Below are positions 49,074 to 62,797 of a stretch of DNA of 64,000 bases, in pieces; the first letter of the stretch is position 1; every line of letters begins with the position of its first letter. The notes under the pieces were generated by a model. The model was given only the letters and a program-made list of their open reading frames with translations, was not told the origin of the DNA and did no database searches. The stretch comes from Tubulanus polymorphus (lineage: Eukaryota > Animalia > Nemertea), in contig NC_134033.1 of NCBI RefSeq assembly GCF_964204645.1, positions 15,942,655 through 16,006,654 of the forward strand. The letters run 5' to 3'. The position numbers were made by a program, and so were the translations under genes.

Positions 49074-49872
49074 GATAGCGACGTAGAAGGATAAACACGG
49101 TTTTGGCGGTTACGGGGTTAACCCCCGATTGTGCGAAAAAAAATTGTGCGAACAAAAACTAAACATTCTGCGGAAAAAAATGATGTAAATGAGGGTCTTA
49201 GTGATAATTGATTATTTCATTGCCTTTACGGCAGGGGCTAATGCCATCTTCAGGTTGTAAATGTTTAAAGAAAATGAATGTCGTAAAAAAAGTGGACCAT
49301 GTACTTAAATAAACGGTGGAGCCTTGTTATTACGACCTAGTGGATGTAACAAATTACTATTTCATCTGAAATCGAAGAATTTCGGTTATAACGAATGGAT
49401 TTTCCGGAACCGTGGAGTTCGATTTGTAACGAGGTTCCGCCGTTTATAACATAACATCCTGCCACCAGTGAACACAGTATTACACTCACACATACCGTAC
49501 GGGAAATCCCTTCATTAACCCTTTCACATCCATATGTCATCAGTGATCCTCTTATTAACCCTCTCACATCCACGTGTCATAAACCGGCGAAATATCAGAT
49601 CGGATCGTCTGAAGTCACGATTTTGACCCTCAGGTTGAGTTGAACTCGAGCAGCTATATTTTGAAATGCTTGTATATTGCGTATTTGTCTATTAGCTGGT
49701 AGTACTACGGTCAAACTGTGGGTTAAGTTGTCATGGGATGAGTAACATTTTAACATGTTAACCTAGGCGTAGAATCGGTTAAACGAGATGGATTGTACTT
49801 TATGGGTTCAAACTTGTTTGATTTGAAGTACGAGTTTTTGCTACTAATTTATTACAGCTTCTGTACTTGGTA

Positions 49873-50142
49873 CAGAACTGTGGAATCCTGTGGAATCGTG
49901 TCTAGACTGAAGAACTGGCTCCTGAATTGCGAAATCAGGTCTAGAGCTGTGAAACTGGGTCCAAACTGTAAAATGAGGTCCTGAACTGAGGAATCGGCTC
50001 CAGAACTGTGGAACTGGATCCAGAACTGTGAAACTGGGTCCAGAACTGTGAAACTTGATCCATAACTGTGGAACTGGATCCAGAACTGTGAAACTGGGTC
50101 CAGAACTGTGAAACTGGGTCCAGAACTGTGAAACTGAATCCT
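49873..50142. repeat. 20-bp minisatellite matching the MITE-A terminus, probably in the USP 3' UTR
   Basis: cagaactgtgRaactggRtc units. Confidence 0.9.
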
Positions 50143-51701
50143 GTTGTGATTTACTGTAATGTGTTCTAGTGTAAATTGATGTTAGTTGTAAGGATGAAAA
50201 TGGATTCAGTTCCATAAATTAAATATAACCAGTAACTTATTCATCAATTTCTCATTTCTTTTAAGTCGTCTGTTTAAAACGTAGTTTGTCATCGTTTTCT
50301 GCGGCGAGAATAAAAATATTTCACCGAAAAAAATCGAATTCATGTAAATTAACGAAATTTAGTTGCACAATCAATAATTATTTACAATGAAAATATATCA
50401 TTCAGTGACTGTATATTGATTTGATTTGTTTATTTTTTCAAATGATTGGTCATGCAAATATGACAGGTGGTCGAGTTTTACTTTTCCCGCGGTCAGACCT
50501 AGCCCATGTTCAGTTAAAATACTGAATTTGTTCGTCAGGTGGCGTTGTTGAAGATGTCAGATCCACAGGGTTGTCACTTCTCGCACATTTACATATACCC
50601 GATACATTGAATCACGTACTAACAAAGGAACACGTGGTCAACAGCATCATCCAAATTCCATGAGTTGTCCGGGTTTATGGTAGAATTTTCCAAGTCAGTG
50701 GCGCCACCCTGATCCAGTTCGTCGTGCATTTCACTACCACTTGTACCACAAAACCAATTTTCATGGACTTTCCCTTTAGAGAAGTCCATTTTGTTATCGC
50801 ATATGCAACTTTCTTCCTTCGGTACGAAATAACTTTCGAACGAAGCTTAGTTTCTCTTCGGAACTTTCAAAACATTCAATGCAGTAATAAAATCTATAAC
50901 CTAATTAAATTTCTTAGTTACTTATTTGTAGTTGTAGTTGGAACTAGATTTTGTTTCGGAAGAATATGCGCATTCGGCCGTGCTTCACACACGTGCGCGC
51001 CACACGACTCGCAGCTATGTGATCTGCGCACCGACCCCTCCCCCTCCCCTAATGCATACGTAATAAATGAATGACTCCTAAATGGGTTGGGTTTCTAGAA
51101 TCCTACAGCATTTTTTTTCTTTAATTTTGATAATGCATTTAACCGTACATCATCATGTAAATTTAGGAAAGTCCATCTTATTGTTTTGTCTGATATAAGG
51201 ATCTTCTATGATATCTGCACAGCATCCGATCCTGAATAAACCACCAAACATATTCACAATAAATAGAGATGACAATTTGACGCGTGTTTTTAGTTTACAA
51301 TAGATAAAATGCGTATTTATTCACATCTTTAAGATACAATAGTTGAATATGTACAATAAAATATACATGAAGTATAATTTACAATATCAAGAGATGCCTC
51401 TGCGACTCCAACCCGCGATAACAGAGGGCCTATACATTTCAAGAGCCCATCATGTCTCAAGAGGAGCCCCATACCGCGTGAAGGATACCCTGACTACCCA
51501 TCAGAAAGAGCCCCCACATCACCCGAGAGCTACCCCAACCATCCCTTCCGAGGAACCTCCCCCCATCCCTCAATAGAACTCGCTGCAACACACACCCGAA
51601 GGAGTCCCCCCAAATCTGCTCAGCTGAAGCCAATACCCCAAGGAGTATGCCAAATCTGCTCTGCAGCAGCCAACAACCCCAGGAGTCACCAAATCTGCAT
51701 A

Positions 51702-51867
51702 GGGGGTCATTCATTTATTACGTAGGCATTAGGGGAGGGGGAGGAGTCAGTGCAATTGCGTACTGTAATGCTTAATGTATATGAAAAAATGGCCGATTTT
51801 GCGTACAGAGGGGGAGGGGGGTTGAAAAATTCGAATCTTATGCGTACGTAATAAATGAATGATCCCT
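51702..51867. mobile_element. MITE with TIR gggtcattcatttattacgta..tacgtaataaatgaatgatccc; partial copies near 10400-10442 and 51033-51079
   Basis: About 25-bp near-perfect inverted termini. Confidence 0.8.
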
Positions 51868-51902
51868 AGGTGAAGCCATCACCCCGGGTAGTCGCCCTGG
51901 TT

Positions 51903-54802
<2,900 letters not shown>

Positions 54803-55189
54803 CTCTTATCATCAGTTTCATTCATACAACAATAAAATTTGATTGAAAAACAAGTTAAAAGGCAGTATGTCACATGAAAGGATTCATTGAATTGAATTGG
54901 CAACCCAATTCAATTCACTCTTTATTATACTATATTTGCTTCATACCGGGCTAGCTCTAGCGGACTCGTCTCCACTTTGTATCTGCATCCTCATCCTGTA
55001 TATGGCCTCAATGTTACATTTCTGTGGATAACTTGCACCGTTCCCCTGAACACTTAACTTGAGTTTCGCCACGGGGAGCAGCCGGAACAGTATGAGACTC
55101 CGAACAGAAAACTAACATTGAATACATACTTTAAACTCAGTTTTTTAATTCATATCGCATTTTATTAATTCAGAAGAAATAACTACGCG

Positions 55190-55347
55190 GATAACCTGGA
55201 AATTGCGCATCTCGAGTGGCGGCTGGGTTTGAAATATCGCGGGTTCGAACTGCCTTGACCGTCAAGTGCTGCCGCTATATTAAGCGTAGCCGGTGAAAGT
55301 GTGAACTAACTCGCCTTCCACATTAATCGGTTGTCCCGGGTTGTAAA
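55190..55347. promoter_or_regulatory. Bidirectional promoter of NKAP (-) and POLD3 (+)
   Basis: Only about 545 bp separate the NKAP ATG (54802) from the original POLD3 ATG (55348). CpG-rich; candidate minus-strand donor near 55195. Confidence 0.55.
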
Positions 55348-58300
55348 ATGGGGAACGAAAAAGGAGTCATATCAAACTGCAGAGTGCGCACGGGGCCGTG
55401 CGCAGGAGGCCGCGCGCAGGGGGCCGCTTTAATAAAGTGAAAACCACACGATATTATTTACGAAACGGCAATACATATACATAGTAGTATGCGATATGAA
55501 ACTACTCCTACTTCTACCAATTAATCGTCTGCTTCGGCCGTCGGGCCGCGTCTTAAAAGTTTTAATAGTTTTACTTGTCTTCTGCTGGATAGGTGCGCAG
55601 GGGGCCGCGTTTTAAAAGTTTTAATAGTTTTACTTGTCTTCTGCTGGATAGGTGCGCAGGGGGCCGCGTTTTAATAGTGTAAATAGTTTTACTTGTCTGC
55701 TGCTGGATAAGTGCGCAGGGGGCCGCGTTTTAATAGTGTAAATAGTTTTACTTGTCTTCTGCTAGATAGGTGCGCAGGGGGCCGCTATATTTCTATTTGA
55801 TTCTGAACTAATAGTTTTACTAAGTTTTACTTGTCTTCTGCTGGATAGGTGCGCAGGGGGCCGCGGTTTAATAGTTTTACTAAGTTTTACTTGTCTACTG
55901 CTGGATATGTGCGCAAGGGGCCGCGGTTTAATAGTTTTACTAAGTTTTACTTGTCTTCTGCTGGATAAGTGCGCAGGGGGCCGCGTCTTAAAAGTTTTAA
56001 TAGTTTTACTTGTCTTCTGCTGGATAGGTGCGCAGGGGGCCGCGTTTTAAAAGTTTTAATAGTTTTACTTGTCTTCTGCTGGATAGGTGCGCAGGGGGCC
56101 GCGTTTTAATAGTGTAAATAGTTTTACTTGTCTGCTGCTGGATAGGTGCGCAGGGGGCCGCGTTTTAATAGTGTAAATAGTTTTACTTGTCTGCTGCTGG
56201 ATAAGTGCGCAGGGGGCCGCGTTTTAATAGTGTAAATAGTTTTACTTGTCTTCTGCTAGATAGGTGCGCAGGGGGCCGCTATATTTCTATTTGATTCTGA
56301 ACTAATAGTTTTACTAAGTTTTACTTGTCTTCTACTGGATAGGTGCGCAGGGGGCCGCGTTTTAATAGTGTAAATAGTTTTACTTGTCTTCTGCTGGATA
56401 GGTGCGCAGGGGGCCGCGGTTTAATAGTGTAAATAGTTTTACTTGTCTGCTGCTGGATAAGCGCGCAGGGGGCCGCGGTTTAATAGTTTTACTTGTCTTC
56501 TGCTAGATAGGTGCGCAGGGGGCCGCAAGATTTCTATTTGATTCTGAACTAATAGTTTTACTAAGTTTTACTTGTCTTCTGCTAGATAGGTGCGCAGGGG
56601 GCCGCGGTTTAATAGTGTAAATAGTTTTACTTGTCTTCTGCTGGATAGGTGCGCAGGGGGCCGCGGTTTAATAGTTTTACCATAGTTTTACTTGTCTACT
56701 GCTGGATATGTGCGCAAGGGGCCGCGTTTTAATAGTTTTACTAAGTTTTACTTGTAAATTTCTGCATTATTGGTAAAAAATCATCGTTTCGTCTAGCATC
56801 ATATACCAGTTCTCACTTTACAATACCCGGCCCCCTGCGCACCCATTGAGCGCAGGGGGCCGCAGCGGCCCCCTGCGCACTCTGCAGACAGACCCCACTC
56901 CGAAAAAGAAACTGAGATGTTTTTGGAGAATTTGGACGAATTTATCAACGATGAAAACAAAGTTGTAAGTTTAGAACGAGCTTCAATAAAACATAATTAC
57001 GAAACCACCGAAATAAAAACTTGTCAATTTATGGAATTCTGAATTTTTGGGCGCTCCCGCAAATTTTTCACTCAGCAGGGGCTTGTAAACTGGCTTGAAT
57101 TTTATTCTGGGTTGTTGATAATCTCGAGAGAATAGCGCTGAATATGAACTGCGAATAAATTCAAAATATCACGGAAATACCTTGTGTTGATATTGTTTAT
57201 TTATCCGCTACAAAGTTCCGATAAACAATTGGTCGTTACATATCCGGGGCGCCTTAGTGTATAAAAATAACAAGGGATGAAACGGCTTCTGATTTGCCGG
57301 TGACCGTATTGATGCGGTGCAATCCACTGCGCATGTTCAAATTCAGTGCCATTCTCGCGAGATTATCAACAACATCTGGAGAAAAAATCGAACCTAGTTT
57401 ACAAGCCCCTTTGTTCAAATCATGGCGGGGACATGGACTCTAAAACTCATAAGTCCATGATGTTCAAATCGAGTCAAACAAAAAGTAAAATTCACATGCT
57501 CTTTTTAGGTAACCTACAAATGGCTTTGCAGAACTCTAAAAGTACATGTGAACCATGCTAAACGGTAAGTTTTCTCGTCTCGGCGCTGCCCGCTGTTGAC
57601 ACACGACGCTACTCTTGACCCTGGCCACTTTGGTCAGAAAAGTAATGAAGCTTTCGCAATCCGTCATTACTGTGTAGAATAGAATAACTGACTGATATTG
57701 CGTTGGTGTACCCCCGCCCCCTACTGCCCCTGTACCCCCGCCCCCTACTGCCCCTGTACCCCCGCCCCCTACTGCCCCTGTACCCCCGCCCCCTACTGCC
57801 CCTGTACCCCCGCCCCCTACTGCCCCTGTACCCCCGCCCCCTACTGCCCCTGTACCCCCGCCCCCTACTGCCCCTGTACCCGGGGCATCTCTACTTCTGT
57901 CATATTTCTTCATTCCTCTTTCTCTTTCAGAATGCTGGCGAAATTTGTTGAGGAAACTAAGAAAAAGGAAAACGCACCTGCACTGCATATCACCTACTTG
58001 ATCAGCGGCACCAAAACTCACGATGCTAAAACAGTGAGTAAATAAATCTTTATTGAAAATGTTTCTGGGCAACTGAAACGGAATATAATGGGTTAGTTAA
58101 GTTGTATTTAATCGAGATCAATTTTAATTTTGGTGGTTAAGCATGCTCCAACACAGGCTCAGAGATTCTGGAATGTTGACTCTCCACACAATACGCTTAG
58201 AATGTCAATGCTTAAGGCAAAAAAATGATACCTTGTTTCTCCTAATCAGCCGGGTCATTTTGTAAACTGTAATAAAATTTGTAATTGGGTCTGTTATTGT

Positions 58301-61300
58301 TAGCTTGATCGTGATTTAAAAAAATTAATGTACAGTGCCCAATTCGCAAAAAAGATTAAGGTCTAAATTGGATTTAAGATAAATGAAAAAATTAAATCGT
58401 TTTAGGAGTTAAACTTTTTTGTGAAACTGGGCCCAGCTAGGCGGGTCAAAGCTCAGCAGATATATGAGAAACAAGGAATCAATTTTCTTAGCCTAAATTC
58501 GTCAAATTAAAACTGCTCACTTTAGATATAGGTAGTGAAAATTTCAGCTTTTCTATGTGCGTGGAATTGTTGCAATTGTTTTAAGATTATTTATTTATGA
58601 ATAGGTTGAAGAAGTTCGTCTGGTTTGTGGTGAGGAATTACACTCCGTTCAATCGCAGTTCGACTCCATTATAAGCAGTCAAATATACAGCGTTCAACGC
58701 TCGAAACTCAAGGTAACGATTTTTATCGAAAAAGATTTCGTTCATGATTTCTGTAAAAATGTATTATAGCAACGTTCTGCCGGATTTTGGGCTTGAATTC
58801 GACCCTCTATAGTCCCTATATCAGGGAATCAGAAAAATCTAGGAAGGTCAGGGAATTTGAGAAATTTTGAAAAAAAAACTTGAAATCTCGGGGAATTTGG
58901 AAAATGTTATCGACCATGAGTATCTTATTTCTTTATCAGTACGGGATTCTTAATGAATATTTGGGATTCTAAGGGAATTTTGCGTTTATATAACTTGGAA
59001 AACTCAGGGAATTTGTAAATTCGCGGAAAGTGGCCTTCCTGTTAAATCGATATATCTTAATTGATGTTTAGGATGGAAATGCCTTGTTTATTGTCAATTA
59101 CGAGTCCTTCAAAGAGAATATGTTTGATACGCAAAGGTAAGTTGTGCAGTATTTCTCCACTTTCACCCCCGTGTCCAGTTTGTCTATATTTTGGCTTCGT
59201 TTCTAAAAAGATTCAGCGCAATAAAGAATGCAGCAGCCGTTCGCAAATCGAATGAACAGATCAGTCATCTAGAGCAGACGGCAGTTCAGGACATCGCGGC
59301 GAAACGCGAAAAAGCGCAGGTAATTTCTGAAGTCGAGATTCCGAATTCTGAAATGCAAGCATTTCCACATGATGAAATGATGAATGTAAAATCTCACGAT
59401 ATCGTTAAAGGCTGAACGTATTAAAAATGCGCCGAAACCGAAAGGCATCGCGGGTATGTTCGCGAAGGCAGCGACCACCGCTCAACAGAAGAAACAAACC
59501 GAGCAACAGGAAAAAGCTAGTGAACAAACGGTTAAAAAGGTTTGTATTTTAAATCTTTATTCTATCTGAAGAGTTTGTGACCGGAGACAAAGCAAGTAAA
59601 TTCCACTTATGGTATCCACTTGTTCTATCAAGAAGTCTGGACTTAGACTGGTCTTAAGTTGTTAGATTGGTTATAGAACCAAAATGAGCTTAGACTGTTC
59701 GTAAGTTGTTAGATTGGTTATAGAACTGCTGGTCTTAAAACTGGTCTTAAAAGTTGTTAGATTGGCTGTGGAACTAAGATTGTGTCAGACTGGATTTAAG
59801 TAAAAGATTAGCTATGGAACCAATATGGACTTAGACTGGTTTTCTATCTAAGCTTCTACTGTACAACTGGCCTCGGGTCTCAGAAAATATATGCCCAACA
59901 AAGGAATGGTAATTTTTGCATTTATTTTAATGACTCGCGTTTAGAAGGGTTAATAACTCAATTGTATTTGTGTGTGTGTGTTAATAGAAAGAAGAGAAAA
60001 AAGGAATGATGGCGTTTACGGTCAAACCGACGAGCGGGGCGGGGCAGCGTGGGGCCGGGCAGCGCGGGGCCGAGCAACAACGTGAAAAAGAGAACGAGAA
60101 AAATCTACCAAACGACAAAAAGAAATCTGACAACGAGAAACCCGTTGAAAAGTAAAGTACATCGATTCATTTTACGGAAAGTTTTGTACGGTTTGTTATT
60201 TTCGATTACCGGTAATTTTTGCCGTCGTTTCAGGAAAAATAAAGGAAAAAGTAAGAAGTCAGTTCGACGCGGATCGGACCACGAAGAGTCGACTCAGAGT
60301 AAGAAACGTCGTCGAGTTAAAACTGTGATTGAAAGCAGCAGCAGCAGCGAGGACGACGGTGTGTATAATCACCTCTCTACCTCCCTCTATTCCTCCCAAC
60401 CTCTATTCCTCCCCTCTTTCTCTCTCTCTCTCTCTCGCTCCCCCTCCCCCTCCCTCTCCCTCTTTTCCATAACTTCATGTTTATTTTCCACAGGTATCGA
60501 CATAGACGACGATAGTCCAGTTCCTAGTCCGGCCGCAGCAGAACCGCGTGTAACCACACCCCCTCCGCCGGTCGCAGCCGAACCCGAACCTCCGCGAGTC
60601 GAACGGGTTACCGTGACGACGGCAGACGGTAAAGTTAAACGTAGGAAACGAGTGAGGAAGATGGTTCCGGAGACGTTCCTCGATGATGACGGATTCATGG
60701 GTGCGTACCGTTTCCGAAACCCGGGTTCATGGTTGTGATTGAGTTCAAACATCGGAAATCAACTAATTTGAGCTCGTCAAACTTCATTACAAACATAGTT
60801 AAAGATTAGTTCCTTTTCGTTGTTTCTTAACCTGTAAGTCAAGTTCTTACTAGGAACATTATAACCAGGGGCAGAATCATCCAACTGTATCCCTCGTTAA
60901 TCACCAGGGGGCAGTTGCATAGTTATGGCTTAGACTTAAGACCAGTCTAAGACCAACTTAGTTCTGTAGCCAATCTAACAACTTAAGACCAGTGTTAAGA
61001 TTTAAGACCAATTATGGACTTCTTAAGTCACAACTGGCCCCAGGACCCAGTTCTACAGTTGTGAGTTAAGATTTGACTGAAACGAGTAAACTAATGAAAA
61101 TGAGCTGATTCTAACTCTGAATTAAAATCAATGAATACTTTCAATGAGCTTACTCTGAATCAAATCTTGACTCACAACTGTGGAACTGGATCCGATTTCA
61201 TAGTCGAGACTAAAGTCTAAAAGTGGTCTTAAGTCGTGAGACTGGTCGTAAGTTGTCAGATTGGTTAAGATCTAATACCGGTCTTAAATCCAAGTTCCGA

Positions 61301-61689
61301 CAATTAATTGTCACTATGTCGATTATCCACTGGTTAACTCTAAACAACTTTTGACTGGTTGTTTTATTTGATGATGTCACTTCCTTGTGATTTCAGTGAC
61401 GAAGAACAAGTACGTATTTGAATCTTGTACGGACGACTCCGATTTAGAAGACGCGAAAAAACCGGCGAAATCGAATCCAGCTCACACGGCTAAAGCTAAA
61501 ATCGTACGTAAAACTGGACTTTTAAGTCGGGAGCAGGTGGAAAATTTTGCCAAATTCTTAATTCTCGATCTCTATTTGTAGGACGCGAAAGTTAAAGCCG
61601 GCGCCGGGAAAAAGAAAACGTCGCCTAGCGACAAAATGACGAGCAGCAACAAACAAACTTCGTTAATGAATTTCTTTCAGAAAAAATGA
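55348..61689 (+). CDS. POLD3: DNA polymerase delta subunit 3 (p66/Cdc27). Exon 1 (55348-55363 joined to 56909-56964) is interrupted by a transposon; a second in-frame ATG lies at 56917. Further exons: 57509-57564, 57931-58033, 58605-58712, 59072-59136, 59211-59319, 59411-59539, 59988-60151, 60234-60358, 60494-60700, 61397-61503, 61582-61689
   Basis: N-terminus FLENLDEFINDENKV-VTYKWLCRTLKVHVNHAKRML; TYLISG; IYSVQ; KRRKRVRK..ETFLDDDGFMVT; C-terminal PIP box KQTSLMNFF followed by TGA. Confidence 0.93.
55364..56900. mobile_element. 1537-bp non-autonomous TIR DNA transposon (possibly Mutator/foldback-like) with an internal ~59-bp tandem array
   Basis: Direct repeat CGAAAAAG at 55356-55363 and 56901-56908. 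Both ends read GAGT-N9-CTGCAGAGTGCGCA-S-GGGGCCG inward. About 19 internal units contain TGCGCAGGGGGCCGC. No ORF. The superfamily assignment is inference. Confidence 0.9.
57707..57881. repeat. 24-bp C-rich minisatellite, 7 copies, in POLD3 intron 2
   Basis: gtacccccgccccctactgcccct units. Confidence 0.97.
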
Positions 61690-61930
61690 TGTCGTTTATT
61701 TCATCGAGATACCACTAGCGGTTATAGGAAGTGGATATTATACCGGGGCCTAGCCCACAGCTGTAGGCAACCTGTCGAATCCTAGGACCGTATTTAGCTA
61801 GCAGGGGGCAGTTGCCCACCTAGAAATTTTGGAAAAGTGCCCTTTTCGCAAAAACTATTGTTATATTCTATAGATCTGCCCTTTTTCAGGTTTCTCTACC
61901 CCCATGAAATTCAAATATTAGGTACAGCCC

Positions 61931-62044
61931 AGGGCCCGGTTTTATAGACTGGTATTACCTTTAACCCGGGGGCTAACTCAATTGATAATGAATTGAGTTA
62001 ACCCCCCGGGTTAAAGGTAATACCAGTCTATAAAACTAGCCCCT
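61931..62044. mobile_element. Near-perfect hairpin MITE; relatives near 44040-44140 and 21627-21788
   Basis: gttttatagactggtattacctttaacccggggg pairs with cccccgggttaaaggtaataccagtctataaaac. Confidence 0.85.
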
Positions 62045-62717
62045 GGACTTTTCATAAATTTTTCATTCGATGCTCTCAAGAGACAGGACTAGGAACAATA
62101 TAGCTCCTTTTGTTTAATGCCGTTAACCAATCAGAACGAACTATCCCCAGAATTGCATTTACTAGGTAACGCTACATCGGTTATACCCGGTATATTCACT
62201 TCCTAAAAATCATTCACATTCAATGTCAAGTTTATAAATGATTCTATTATACTGTTGCCGTATAAGCTGCATATATCTATTTGTCAACTCAACTTCATAA
62301 ATTAAACCATTATACTGTCACAGTATAGACTGTCTATTTTTGTAAGGCTGTTGTTCGTGTAAATTTGTACAGAATGAAAAATAAATCAATATTTCATTTG
62401 TAAATCTGTCTTTGACTTTATTATTTCTCTATAATATAAATCCTGGGATGGAGAACAGGTTCGAACCCGGGACTTCTTGTTTCTAGAGGGCTTTCTATTC
62501 ATCATCTGGACCACACCATCGGTTATCAATATTGGACTTGCTCGAACAAGGTACCCAGCATGGGCGCTGCTCATCGTTAAGTCAGTGCCTGGACCATTAG
62601 GTATCGCGGTATATATTGGGTTCGAACCCAGGTACACTGAACAGTGTGCTAGATGGCGGGACCATACGGTCCCCTAGTGGCATTTCTGCGAACTAATATG
62701 ATATTGCGGGCTGATGC

Positions 62718-62797
62718 TAGACTGGTTGCCGGTCTCTACCTTCAGCTATTCTGACTGCGAATGCAGGTGGCGCTGAATTGGACAGGCGACCAGTCTA
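62718..62797. mobile_element. 80-bp mini-element with TAG...CTA termini and a 9-bp TSD (AcademH-like non-autonomous)
   Basis: TIR TAGACTGGT.GCC.GTC; direct repeat GGCTGATGC at 62709-62717 and 62798-62806. Confidence 0.75.

Noticed and set aside
55560-56750. Repeat-spacer-like look (constant GC motif with AT-rich linkers) suggestive of CRISPR
   Set aside because: The linkers are near-identical rather than unique spacers, there are no cas genes, and the context is eukaryotic.
57536-58072. GTGAVGGG / CTPAPYCP repeat ORFs
   Set aside because: They come from an intronic 24-bp minisatellite; only 57931-58033 is a real POLD3 exon.
62443-62632. Two GGTTCGAACC B-box-like motifs suggesting tRNA genes
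   Set aside because: No convincing cloverleaf could be folded by eye. At most these are decayed tRNA-derived SINE heads; tRNAscan-SE would settle it.
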